A DNA stretch of 54,162 nt, the filler included, from Sphacelaria rigidula (Eukaryota): assembly GCA_964200075.2 (NCBI GenBank). It is 5 parts of 5 records of this genome, joined end to end, with 100 filler letters (N's around TTAATTAATTAA, not from the genome) between each part and the next. Parts side by side here need not be neighbours in the genome. Positions count along the whole stretch, not along the records: positions 10,855 to 21,607 come from CAXNAA020005971.1; positions 21,708 to 32,460 come from CAXNAA020005972.1; 3 more parts are not named here. One strand, 5' to 3'. The notes beneath the pieces were generated by a model, which searched no databases, was not told the DNA's origin, and saw only the letters and a list, made by a program, of their open reading frames with translations. Shown piece after piece: positions 10,855 through 22,870 of the stretch (positions are counted from its first letter, which is position 1; each line of letters starts with the position of its first letter). Both the position numbers and the translations under genes were made by a program.

Positions 10855-13800
10855 CTGACTTTACACTTGGTAACGTCGAACTCAACGGCTTCGATACTAA
10901 TGATAGTGTTTGAGCCTGCTTGCCCCGGTGCCCACTGAACTGGCACCTCCCTACCTAGGTGGTGAGTATCGTACCATGACACGAGCGCATACTCCGTTTT
11001 GAAAGTAATTTGCATCCCCGGTCCCCCCGTGGGTTGTAGAAATGCTTGCTTCAGCGCGTACTTCGTGTATCACCCCTGTCATACTTAGAAGCACTGCTCA
11101 CTTCTTCCTGGCGTGTATGTGAGCTTGTCTCATTTGATGCTCCCCAGAGTTTATTTCTAAGCCTATATTTCCTTCGCTTTGTACCCCCTTTTTTCTGTTC
11201 GAGTTTGCTTTAGCGAGTGTTTTTGTTTATTTACGTTGGGTACGTCCATGGAATGACCCACGACTGGATTGATACCGACAGGCTGGTCTCACCACTTGAC
11301 ACCAAAACGTGCTACCCTGGATTTTTCGCTCGTGAGGGTGCTAATGGAAATTGCTTCAGTATGCTTGACGTAGCTCTCTCTCTCTCTTAGAATAAGGTCT
11401 AACTGACTCAATAAAAAAAAAGACGCGCGCCCTTCTTCTCAAAACAACACACAAATAAAAAAACCGTAAGGATGACCTCCGAAATATAGATTTGAAATAT
11501 AGATTTGCACTTCCCCTCGAAATTTTAGGTCTTCCAGCAAATAACCCAAGATTTATGTGCACTAGATTTCCAATGATATAACCGAATCCCACACCGGTAA
11601 AACTTTGTACATATGATCCTCAATATTCGTCCGGCCGCACCTTCCGAACAGCGACGAGTTAGGAGACAAAACACGAGCCTTTGTTTTTGCCTTGATGTAA
11701 GCTACACGTCCACCAATTTTCAACGTCATCGCATAAGAATACGCGCATGCTCTAAATTTTGTAGCAAATCGCCACCATCGAGCACCGTCACCAGGCCGTA
11801 TCTGGTGTCCAGGCACAATAATTCAAGATGATCAAAGCGCTTGGATCGCCGATCAGAGCGGCGGTGCACACCGGGTTGGTGATGCGGTTTCGGGGAACCT
11901 ACCTATTGCGTCACTCTCTTGTAAGTTCTGTTCGTCCGCATGATGAAGACGTTGTTCTGTCTAAAGTCGTCGGATAAGCCTATCGCGAATCAGTTTCTTC
12001 TGTAGAACAGCCAAGCGACAAATAATGAAACAGAGCAACGACTATAATCATATCCGCCACTCACTGCTATCGGCTTCACATATCATCATCCTTCAGTTTT
12101 GCTGCCTATTCAAAACTCGCCGCACCGAATGCTGTTTTCATTCCGTGTCATTCACCGGCGCTGCTGCAGGATTGCTATTTTAGGGTTCGCGATTTCGTAC
12201 GGTGTGCGCCCTGTTTCGGTGTTCAGCACTATTACGTCGCGACTCGACGTGCGCGAAATACTAACACAAAGTTTTTTCCTTTGCGCCGCGAGAGACTGTG
12301 GGCCGCGTACGAACGGGGGACCTTGAAAAATTGGGGATGAACTATTACATCGAAAAAAAATCTTGAAATTGTGTGAATTGGTACCCCTCCAAGGTAACGT
12401 CGAGGAGACTGGAGACCTCAAGACATTGAAGAGCCGTGGTGAAAGGTTGTGGTACCATTTTGGTGATGAGTACGTTGCGTGTTCTTCGTCTCCGGCCTAG
12501 AGCGTTTCACGCTCGGGCGTAGATTATTTTTCCCTCTGGCCCAAAAAGTCACAATATAACAGCGGATCCTGAAAATGGGGTCCATCTCAAAAGTGAGGTT
12601 CAAGTGGCATTTATTCTTTGCAGGGATGACGCGAAACACTTACGACCGAGCGAAGCCATCTTCCCCCCCGAATGTCCGCAGCAGTTGAGCAGCTGTGACT
12701 AGGTGCACCTAACGAATGCGGTCTGCACGCGTGTTGATGACGATATCACCAGAGAGGAACTTCCTCGCCCGTGTCCTTTGTGTGCCCTCGCTCGGCGATT
12801 ACCAATCGCTCGAGAGACTGGCATCATCGATGTCATTACACCAGCATGTGCCAAACCTCCCATGTGCCAGAACATCGACGTGCGGAGAGATTCCGTCTCT
12901 TGCCTGTCGAGCTCACGAACGCGAGGATCGATTTCTCGCTGCCTCCCCTTTCGGACAGGACGCGCCTCTGTGCGCTGAGAACCATGTCGTTGAAAAACAA
13001 GGCAATGTTCCCATCACGGCTACTACTGTTCTCTATCACACACATGACAGCAGGGCGGGGGTGCGGCGAAAACAACAGATAGATCCGATTTGAACTTGGG
13101 GGGGGGTGTTATTCATCTTTGATTTTCGCCGACCTCTCCCTAACCAGGTGCCCGAGCAGGAGAGCGTGCCACACGCCAGTTGAGGGGGGTGTATGAGAGA
13201 CAAACACTTGTAGAGACCTTTTTGACATGCGGAGTGAAAAAAGATACCGATGGTGGTGACCTAACTGTTGCTAGCGTGGCGCATAGGAGTCCGCCCATGC
13301 CGCAACCTGCAGCACACGCTAGCCGCGTAAATACCTCAATGATAGGTACAACAGTACGAGTAGCTTCCCATAATTAATAATTATTCCGATGTGAGGAGGT
13401 CATGGATTATTACACGTTGGGAGGAGAGACGAGAGTGCTCCACGATCAACCGGACGTCGTTGCATTCGAGACCCACGCCATCAACCGCCGACAGCAAGGG
13501 TCTGGTCGCTTTCACGCGACACTATCGGCAGTACGACAGGCAAACCAGATCATAGCTACCTTCCGTTGCTCTACCACACGTACTCCCGTCTGCTCAGAGG
13601 TGGTCACGGTCACAACATGCACCGAAGTCGGAACACCTGTGAAAGCTAGAGAGTTTGATTTTTATGAACTGCATCCACAAAATTCAAACGACTCTCAAAA
13701 CCTGAGGGAAGGTGGCCGCTTCGGGTCCAGTTAAACATCCGAAGATACCATTGAACAGCAATACCAAACTTTTATGGGATCGGCATCAGGCAGTCCTTGA

Positions 13801-15106
13801 AGACCGGAACAGAAATCGACAAGTTACCGTTCGTATTAGAAAAAATGCGCATGGAACGCTTTGCAGGTTGGGAAACACGGATTTTGATGGAAAGAAACTC
13901 TCTGGGCCCCAATTTGTGTTGTATCCGCCTGTAAAAGGTCTTCCCTCGTTCATCAATGCCTGGCTGAGGGACAGGGAAGCCATCCTCCCTCAGGAAAATC
14001 GACAATAACCAAACTTTTGGATGGCAAGCTGGTACCGGCGGGGAAATCTGGGAAGAGTCAGACAGCTGATGAAATAAACGTCCGCACTACGAGAGCACTC
14101 AGTCTGAACCAAAACAAGGTTGAACTCCGTCGTCCAACCTTGCTGTACTGTTGGCGGCTGCTGCTTTTCTGCTTGTACAGTATTCCGCACCATGGCAGGC
14201 TCCCTTCATTGCGGCTCTGTCCATGTGATGAGAGACAGGCTGTAAAGCGCCAGATAGCTGGCTGCATGATTGGGTCATTACCGATGACTTATTACAGATG
14301 TACAGCATTCGCAGATCACAACCGATGCACATTTCATTTTTTTCTGGCACCCACTCGCGCCTACTCCACGGCCCAGCCTATTTGTTCAAAACGATGCATG
14401 TCCCAGCACGTCTGGTATTCCCGAACGATTTGCGGGTGTGTGCTATGCCGATGCTATTGTGCTTGGTATGCCTTGTACACGCACAAGATGCCTTGCACAT
14501 GCGCCAGGTTTTCTGACGCGACCGTGAAGGCACCATGGTCTGAAACACCACCCAGCCTGTACATGATTTGCAACGTGGAATACCACCCTGGTAACGGTCA
14601 GCGTATGAGGAATGTGCAACGAAAGAAAAATGTATATTCCTCCCGTCGCGGCTTCCCTACGTTCGCTGCTGCACCCTCACCAGCGATGTACTGACGTAAT
14701 CCAAAGCATTTGCCATCACGGTCAAACTGATGGCTGACTAGTACGGTATAGTACAGTGCCGCTACACAGCCAGTACTGTCGTAAGTACACAAGCACGTAT
14801 TGTCTTCGCATCAGCCCTGTTGTGCAGACCCGCATCCGAACGATAAAACCGAGGGAAGCGAAATCTCCTCGCTTTTGTGCTGCTGACGAACAGGCGGGCC
14901 GTGGGTGGTGAAGGTATTGCTCAAGTACGCATGCTGACAAAGAAATAGGAAGAATAATGCCTGCTTGAGGTACTTTCCTCACTACCGACAAAACGCAAGA
15001 TCCCGGCAATTCAGTATACCCTAGCACACAACAGTACGAAAGGTGGAGCTGTGAGTTGGCGGTTCTGGTCAGTCAAGTTTCGACTAGTCGCGCCAACGGC
15101 CTGTTT

Positions 15107-15169
15107 GTCGATGTTTTCCCAGTTTAACGGCGTTTATCTGCGACGCCGATTAACTGGGAAAACATCGAC
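15107..15169. repeat. hairpin / inverted repeat
   Basis: GTCGATGTTTTCCCAGTT ... AACTGGGAAAACATCGAC (18-bp perfect stem) plus an inner cggcgt/acgccg pair. Confidence 0.85.
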
Positions 15170-15519
15170 GGCGAGCATCGAAGCCACGATAATCCCCCCC
15201 CGCGCCCCCCCTCCCCGGTTGATGAGGGTGCCCGGCCGCTGGGGACAAGAAAAAATGCGGTATTTGGCTCGTTTCACCTTCAAACATTTCCCCCCCCCGG
15301 GGTGTCTATAGCCCTGTTTTAAATTCTATGCATCATCACTATGGTTAGGGTAGATTTTATGTTTTCTTTTGGTGCCAGTCACGAGTTCAGGTCCTACCGC
15401 AAATGGCTCAAACGTTGGACAACACCCTTCCCTTCCCGCTGAGATCGTTCAGTGAGGGGATGCGTTTCTCTCATCTCCGGAAGAAGGGCGGGGGGGAGAA
15501 GGCGGGTCATCAGGGAATA

Positions 15520-16335
15520 TTATCTGGTGCATACGTTCTCACGATGCCTCCAACGTGTCCGTAGCCACCGTTCTTCGTCTGTGAATGCCCATATAACTGG
15601 CGAGAATCGTAGATAGCACCCCCATCGCGTCTGGAGAGAGGATAAGGCCATTTCATCCCCTTGTGAGAAGAAAAGGGGGAGGGGGATGTTTCTTTTAATG
15701 TCAACACGGATGGTTATGACTTCCGGGATAGAGCCACCCTGTGGTTTCGGTGCAGGAACGCATGCTGGAGGGTCAATATAATATTCCGTACCACACAACG
15801 GTGTTGTGCCTTCACCAAATTTCCTACGGGTGGACGCATTTACGACACGATCGGCAGCGGGAGGCAATGCGGTGGAACAGGGAGCAGAAGCAGGTGATTT
15901 CGGCTCGCGACCAATGACCGCCGCGCCGATTACATCCGATCTGGGATCGCGTAGGATAAATGGGTCGTGATCACTATGACCTCTGGAACAGAGCCACCAA
16001 GAACTCTCAGCGCAAGAACCCATGCCGGGGGGTGGACTTCATCTACCGTCTCCGGGTGTAATGCTTTCACGATACCTCTCGGGGGTGGACGGGTTTGAAA
16101 CAAGATTCACGGTGGGGGAGAATGCGGCGGAGACGAGGTCGCAAGCACCGGAGGCCGCCTCTCCACCAATGGCCGGCCCGCTGACGGCACCTGATCTGGG
16201 ATCGTGGAGGAACAACGGGCGGAGGGGGCGCACCGAGGGGCGGCGAGGTAGTGTGGGGACGGCCATGGATGACGACAGAGAGATGGTGGCCGCCCACTGC
16301 TGTTGCAACAATTGTCGCACAACGCGACGATGCAA
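15520..16335 (-). pseudogene. interrupted reading frame with an internal ~90-aa duplication, unknown product
   Basis: ORFs 16039..16335 and 15520..16023 share one frame, separated by a single stop. They carry paralogous peptides LFLHDPRSGAVSGPAIGGE / FILRDPRSDVIGAAVIGRE. Confidence 0.4.
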
Positions 16336-19154
16336 AGGTCACTGCCGTGTCCTAAATCAAGTCTTTTGCATAGGCGAAGTGAATACGGGTGCCTGTAATG
16401 GCTATGCTTTTCTTGCATGAAGGTGTATTCGGAGGCCAGCGAAGGTCTGCAGGCTTGGGCGTGCCACGCACACGAGGAGGAGGAGAGGACGCCGCCGTGC
16501 TCGAGCAATAAACGGTGGGTTTTGTGATTGCTGAGCTCCAGAACCTCCATGACACTTTGAGGCGTCCCACTTACCGAAAAGTAGGCGATCATTGAAAAAA
16601 AAGGAAAACAAATAAATATACAAATAACACCGATCACAAACAACGAGTTATTAATTGGTATTCAATTTTCAAGGGAGTTTGATATTCATTTTATAGGTAT
16701 TTCCCCAGAATTTTTGAAGGTTGGGGTTTGGGCTAGGCGCATCACCTTTCAATGGATAAATGATTACATGCAAAAATCGAAGAAAAATCCAACACATCAA
16801 CGGTCAACAGTACAATCAATCACTTGAATAGAGCTCTACGGTCAATCAATTAACGATGAGATTTACGGATACTACTACCGCTGCTGCTGCTGCTGCTGAT
16901 ACTCCTACAAGCGACTATTGAGAAATAAAAAAATGATGAGAGCATGGACAACATAAAGGGCAAAAGTAGTGTGTGCAGGGCAGGTGCTCATATCCTCAAA
17001 TACACATGATCCAGAAGCTGCGAGACGGTATTTGGGGTTTGCTGAGTCGGTCGCGAAATGTTTGCTGGCAGCCTGTCGCTCAACCCTCCCCCTATACTCA
17101 GCCGGGTCCGACGAAAGTCCGGCGTGCTCTATTCCAACTTTTGTTGGGATGCAAGGTCAAAGGTCATGTATATATATATATATATATATACATGACTATA
17201 GCGGGCAAGACCATGATTACCCCCCCCGCCCCTTCCTATCCGTGGAAACTGCATTAATGCATATCGAAATGCATACAGGAAAATGGTATGAGTCGGAAGA
17301 AAAGCTCAACTAGTGCAATGCAACGTTCTCGGATCGCCAAGAGGCGCAGGGCTCGGCAGAAAGTGTTCTTGTTTTCAACGGGGCGGAGGCATAACGTACC
17401 CCATCTCGATATCGACAAAACTTGATGCCCGCCACTGTGGTCGAGAACGGTGCCCGCATGCTATGCTCTCGGAACGATGGCCTCAGGTGAGCAGTAAAGG
17501 CCTCGAACCTACTGGTCCTTACAGGAGTGTGCGGCTCGTGTACCCTGTATCGTGGATGCGCGAGATGCACGTGCGTAGGTTTCAACCTGTCCTCGTCTAT
17601 TGCACCAGAATTGCAGCAGTAATCGTGAAACATTTGTTTTCCAATCATGGCATGCTGCAGAGTAGGGCACACCGTGCACACGGCTTGGGAGGACACCAAA
17701 TGACAGCGCCCTTGTGGACGTGTGCGGGCATGGAGATTCAGTACAAGCAGCAAATAAGAGTCCCCGGATACCAACGGCGACGCCGGTGTTCGCCTGCAAT
17801 GAGGACGCAGTGCATGCCATGGGAGCTGTTGGAAAGAATGGGGGGGGTGGCGAAAATTCATGTGCAGATAATGGAAAGATATGTGAAAGAGGCGAAAGCA
17901 GCGTGCGCCCGGGTGTTGCTGCGCATTGCACAGACTAGCTGGTTTGCGGTGGGACAGTCCACACGCTATTTGTGGCTCGGCAGCCGGAGAGTGAGTCCAT
18001 GTATACTGCCCTAGCCTGGAGGGCACGGGTACTATTTCAAGCGCTATTCCGAGACCATAATAGCAGCAGCCTTCGCGCGCTGGGAGAAGCCACGACAAGC
18101 ATTTCCAGGTAGTAGTGCTGGCGATGTACGGTAGCAATGGCATGCGCAAAACATGAGTATTGAGGATATCGGGTATACGGTACCGGGCCGATCCTTGAAA
18201 TATCTACTCTTCCGATGAAAAGCTGGTACGTTTCACGTACTTTCTACGATTTTGCGACATGTGTTGTCGCACTAATTGAATGACCTAAGTTGGTTATCGA
18301 AGGGTGCTTAATACTGTGCTATCTCTAGGCAATACTCGGTTTATCGTGTATGCTCGGCATACATTTACGCACGTTTCGAAAGTGGTTGGGTTATGTCGTG
18401 TTCGAGTTGTAACAACCGGTAATATTCTGTCTAGTTTGGCTATCCTTTTTACGGTAGAGGGTTGGCTAAAGTCTCTGTGGTATTGGTGCAAGCAGTTTGG
18501 GTTACGCGGATGATTTATTGCCGATGGTAAACACATTTCTTTACCTACGCAGTTTTTTTCTGAAATTCTGAAGCTACCTATCGAATGCTCTTTACCCCCC
18601 GCCGCCCTCCCCCACACCTCCCCCCAGCGCGATGTTCGAACTGAATTCGCCGGTTGAAAGTTGAGTGTATCGCAGATAGTCTTCAGGCTGAAGGTGGTCG
18701 GAATGACGAGCGTATCGCTACTCAGGTGGGACGACAATGCCATTTATTCTACGGGGTAGTGCTTCTCTTGCATGTATTCTAAAGTTCAGTAACCAAGCAC
18801 CTCGGCCCTACGCGGGCCCGGAGGTAATTTTGACGCCTTCTGCACGTCCTCTTCACATCTCGGTCCTCGCTCCTCTTACTTTTCAAGATTGTTCTTTTTT
18901 GCGATGTTTTCTTCAGGCTTTACGTTGCCGCGAATTTGTTGCTGTTGATCGCCGTAATCGAGGCGGGATCGGACTATGTTGCGTTTGACCAGCAATATCA
19001 TTACGTGTGATACTGCTGCGTTCGCTGATCGCTACTCCCGTTTTTGGTCGTGCGTTTGGTCATCGCAGAGCGCTTCGTGCGAGCTGGAGTAGGGCGTGAT
19101 GTGGCCGAACATTCTGCTGAGGCCCTGCAAATCTCTTCGTCCGCGGATTCAGGA

Positions 19155-19333
19155 GTAATGCGTGAGAGGACCGCGTGCTTAGAGGACCGCGCCGTAGTTC
19201 AAAATACTTCAGGATCGACGTTTTTCAAAACCAATCGGGTCAGTCCCTGCAGGTACCACGCCCCTGACCCTAACCAAAGGGGTGTTCAAAATCCGATGCG
19301 GTCCTCTGAGCACGCGGTCCTCTCACGCATTAC
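19155..19333. mobile_element. MITE-like element with 36-bp terminal inverted repeats
   Basis: GTAATGCGTGAGAGGACCGCGTGCTTAGAGGACCGC (19155-19190) and its reverse complement at 19298-19333 (1 mismatch); each arm has a doubled AGAGGACCGC motif. Confidence 0.7.
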
Positions 19334-19859
19334 ACAGGGGGAGGTGGGACGAACGACGACGGCGTGATGCCCGGCTATGGTATCTCACTCAACTTGTGAC
19401 GAGAGTCGAGGGTTGGCGGACCCCGCCCATACTCCTGTTGGAATAGCGGAATGTTCCTCGGACCCGATGGACCTCACGAGTGAAATTCACAACGAGGAGT
19501 GCCGCAAGAAGTACGCCGAGCTCAGCAGTTGTCGGCAATCGCCCGGGGCGAACCTGAACGTGCACGAGAAGAACCACTCCGAACTTCCAAAGACTTTTGC
19601 TAGTCTCACCGGTATGACTTTCGACGCGTTCGCTTCGCCACGATCTTGCTGAACGACTTGGAGAACACCTCCATCAACCGGCGCTCATCAGACGTGATGC
19701 TTGAACGCACCAAGGATCACGCCACCTATCGTCAGACAGCTTGCTGCAATGAACTGTGGACATATGGGAGATGCTTTTGTAGTTCGCCCGTGGTGAGATC
19801 TTTTGACGCATATGGCAAAATGAGCATTACACACCTCAACACTCCTTAGGATAGCCTCG

Positions 19860-20096
19860 CGCGGGGGGCGGGGGAGGGGAGGGAGGGGGGGGGGGGGAGG
19901 GCGACATGGCGACGCACACCCGGAGGTAAAGTTTCATGTATAGCCCAACCGACCTCACCNNNNNNNNNNCGAAGCTGTGAATGGCGGGGGGGGGGGGGGG
20001 GGGGGGGGGGGGAGGGGGGGGAGGGGGGGGGGGAAGGGCGACATGACGACGCACACCTTGAGATAATGTTTCATGTATAGCTCTATCGACCTCACT
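19860..20096. repeat. diverged direct duplication of a poly-G tract plus ~60-bp unit, spanning a 10-N gap
   Basis: gggcgacatg..gacgcacacc...gtttcatgtatagc...cgacctcac occurs at ~19898-19958 and ~20036-20096. Confidence 0.7.
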
Positions 20097-20519
20097 TCTT
20101 GTATGGCCTTGTCCTACTTGGCTTGGGTATTAAGTCGAGTATCTAGGCGAATGTTTTTTTTGTGTCTCCGTTGCCCTCTTATTTATCTTTTAATTTTTCC
20201 TTGGTTTTGAATTTGACTTTCATTTGCCTTTTGCTTCTTCCCGCTCTTTTTTTCTATTCGATGGTTTAAGCTTTCTTTCCTCTGGATCGTGTTTTTTATC
20301 CGGATCATTGCGGTCGTTTTGTGACCGTAGCTGGGTTCGTAGCGCATGGATTTTTGCGTGATATTATCAAATCAGTACATTCAAGGAAGGAACTTCATCA
20401 ATTTCAGGCCGGTACCTAGCCCACCCCCGCCTCTCAATAAAGGGGAAGTACCTTGAGTGAATGTTATCCCCCCTTTTTCTTGAACGGTACGCACAATAGA
20501 GCAGTGCCTTCACACGTAG

Positions 20520-21070
20520 GACAGCTCATCAGCTAGCTCATCTGCGGGCGGTAGCTCACTTGTAGTCAGACATGTACATGTGAGCTACGTCCGATAGCTT
20601 AACACAAGGTGAACATGCGCTGATGAGCTACGAGTTAGTAGCTCACCCAGGACAAGCATGCGTAGCTCATGCAGCTCTCATAGCTCACCCAGGGCGAATA
20701 TGAGCTGATGAGCTACGGGTCGGTAGCTCACCCAGGGCAAACATGCGTAGCTCATGTAGCTCTCATAGCTCACCCAGGACGAATCTGAGCTGATGAGCTA
20801 CGGGTTGACAGCTCACCTATCGCAAACGTGCATAGCTCATATAGCTCCCATAGCTCACTCAGGGCGAAGATGAGCTGATGAGCTACGGGTTGATAGCTCA
20901 CCCAGGGCAAACATGTGCAGCTCATACAGTTCTCACAACTCACCCAGGGAAAACATATGCGGATGAGCTACGCTCGATAGCTCACCCAAGGCAAACATGT
21001 GTAGCTCACGCAGCTCTTGTAGCTCACCCGGAAAACATGAGCGGATGAGCTACGCCCGGTAGCTCACCCC
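20520..21070. repeat. 85-bp tandem satellite built from TAGCTCA/TGAGCTA motifs (~5-6 units)
   Basis: Units start at 20620, 20705, 20790, 20875, 20960 and ~21042 with (c)tgatgagctac or cggatgagctac. Confidence 0.92.
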
Positions 21071-21421
21071 AGAGACACATGATCGTGACTCACTCACATC
21101 ATATGCCTAGCTTGCCGCTGGCCAACCCCGTGTCGCTTATGATGTAACATCCTTGTTCGAACGGATGGCGCTATTTATCATTAGGTTGTGATATTTTGCC
21201 TCACTCTTCGCGATAGGAGGAAAATAAGCCAACACATATCCTCGTTCGCTTGGTCGGATGGTTGAAAAAAGTATTAATATTCAGTGTCTACAATAATCGA
21301 CCGGTTAATTTCTTTTGATCGATTGGCCGCGAGGGTACGAGTCCATCTGGTCATGCATACGTTTCTCAAGTGGAATTGTAGCTGATTCAACAGATGATTA
21401 TGCTCGCCGTTAAGGGTTTAG

Positions 21422-21533
21422 CCCTTTGACCGCGAGGGTTGGCGATCTGATAAGACGGCATGATTCACTTTATTTCTCAAATGAGGTGTGAATGATGCAG
21501 GTTCAGAGACCTCCAACCCTCGCGGTCAAAGGG
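21422..21533. mobile_element. piggyBac-like MITE (112 bp)
   Basis: Perfect 21-bp TIRs CCCTTTGACCGCGAGGGTTGG / CCAACCCTCGCGGTCAAAGGG, flanked by TTAG and ATAA (degenerate TTAA). A decayed copy lies directly upstream (~21324-21416). Confidence 0.75.
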
Positions 21534-21607
21534 ATAAGCAATCAACAACAAATTGTGCGGATTGAAGTTTAACTCCGAGATGAGGTTCAAGCCTAAAACA
21601 GTGCTTT

Positions 21608-21707
21608 NNNNNNNNNNNNNNNNNNNNNNNNNNNNNNNNNNNNNNNNNNNNTTAATTAATTAANNNNNNNNNNNNNNNNNNNNNNNNNNNNNNNNNNNNN
21701 NNNNNNN
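21608..21707. other. artificial contig linker
   Basis: N44-TTAATTAATTAA-N44. Confidence 0.97.
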
Positions 21708-21734
21708 GCTCCTCTCTGTGGTGTGATGCAAAGT

Positions 21735-22870
21735 GTCCGAGACGTGTGCTGGCGATTTTTCCTGTTTGGGGGTCGAAAAGGGGGTCAAACGTCCCAAAAG
21801 TGAACAATCCGTGGGCCAAAAATCTGTTTACCATAACATCCGGCCTAAGACCCTGAAATTTTGCATAGAGGTCCTATGGGGCATTACGCAACTTTCAAAC
21901 GTCGAGGTTTTAAAAAAAAAAAAAAACATTTTTCATCTTTTTTCGGGGATCCCAGTTTTATCGGGGAAACATCGATCCAATCGGACCCCCGTAAAACGGT
22001 GAAGAAGGAGAAACTCAATAAAGACCGTTCATCCAAAGTTGCGTAATGATCCATAACACAGTTGTGCAAAAATTCAGGGTCTAACTCCTTCAAACGGCGT
22101 GAGGTTTTTCGCTTGTGTGCGATGAACTTTGACGTGATGAACTTTGACGTGCCGCGGTGAAACCGCAAACTACTTAATTTTAGTAAGAAAACGGCGTTTT
22201 TGGGCCTTCTTTGACGTGAACATGAAAATTCAAGCATCCGTTGATCGATTTTTGCGACAAAATTTTGTGGGGCCCTTCCTTGGGTTATGCAGCGACAGCT
22301 CGTTCACGAAAAAGTGTAAAAGAGTGTCGTAGTGCCGATTGTCCGGGGTCCCAGAATGGAGACTACTTCCAAAAACGACTTGGATCCTGTCGGACCCCCG
22401 AAAAACGGTAAAAATTCAACGAGTAGAAAAAACCTCGTCCACAGAAACTTGCCTAATGACACATAGCATATTTTTGCAAAGTTTTAGGGTCGAAGGCCGG
22501 ATGTTATGGCGTGTGTTGGCGGTTTTCTTGGCTTGGGGGTCAAAAGGTGGGTCTAACGTCCCAAAAGTGAACAATCCGTGGCCAAAAATCTGTTTGCCAT
22601 AACATCTGGCCTAACTCCTGATAACGGCGTGAAGCTTTGCGCGTTTGTGGAGGACGTGGGCTTGAAACGTTCCACTCCCAACTACTTTGTTTTAGCATGG
22701 AAACGTCATTTGAAGTGAATTTTACGTCAAGGGAAAAAAAAGCGTGTAAGGTTTTGGTGTTTCTCCTCCAACCTTTGTACATGTATTCCTTGGACTATCC
22801 CAGGACGCATCATTTTATTATTCTTATTTTGGACCATTCTGTACCGCCCTCCGGGGGTCCCAATATGAAG
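21735..22870. repeat. modular interspersed-repeat block (shuffled 40-110-bp direct repeats), probable subterminal region of a large DNA transposon
   Basis: 21780-21848 ~ 22548-22615 (aacgtcccaaaagtgaacaatccgtgg..); 21945-22050 ~ 22343-22460 (tcggacccccg.aaaacggt); 22078-22112 ~ 22608-22642. Confidence 0.65.

Noticed and set aside
11961..11999. Last exon of the acidic-protein gene
   Set aside because: It lies on a different contig across an artificial linker; a closer in-phase candidate exists at 23349-23438.
13975..14030. P-loop-like PPSGKSTITKLL
   Set aside because: No preceding hydrophobic strand or Walker B, and the frame has stops nearby; likely chance.
17310..18149. ORFs of 279 aa (-) and 233 aa (+) as genes
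   Set aside because: No recognisable domain or consistent splice model; left unannotated.
20620..20960. Hammerhead ribozymes in the satellite (CTGATGAG cores)
   Set aside because: The hairpin after CTGATGA is followed by CACC, not GAAA, and no stem III/NUH arrangement can be built.
20520..21070. CRISPR array
   Set aside because: The 'spacers' are homologous to each other, the context is eukaryotic, and there are no cas genes; it is a tandem repeat.
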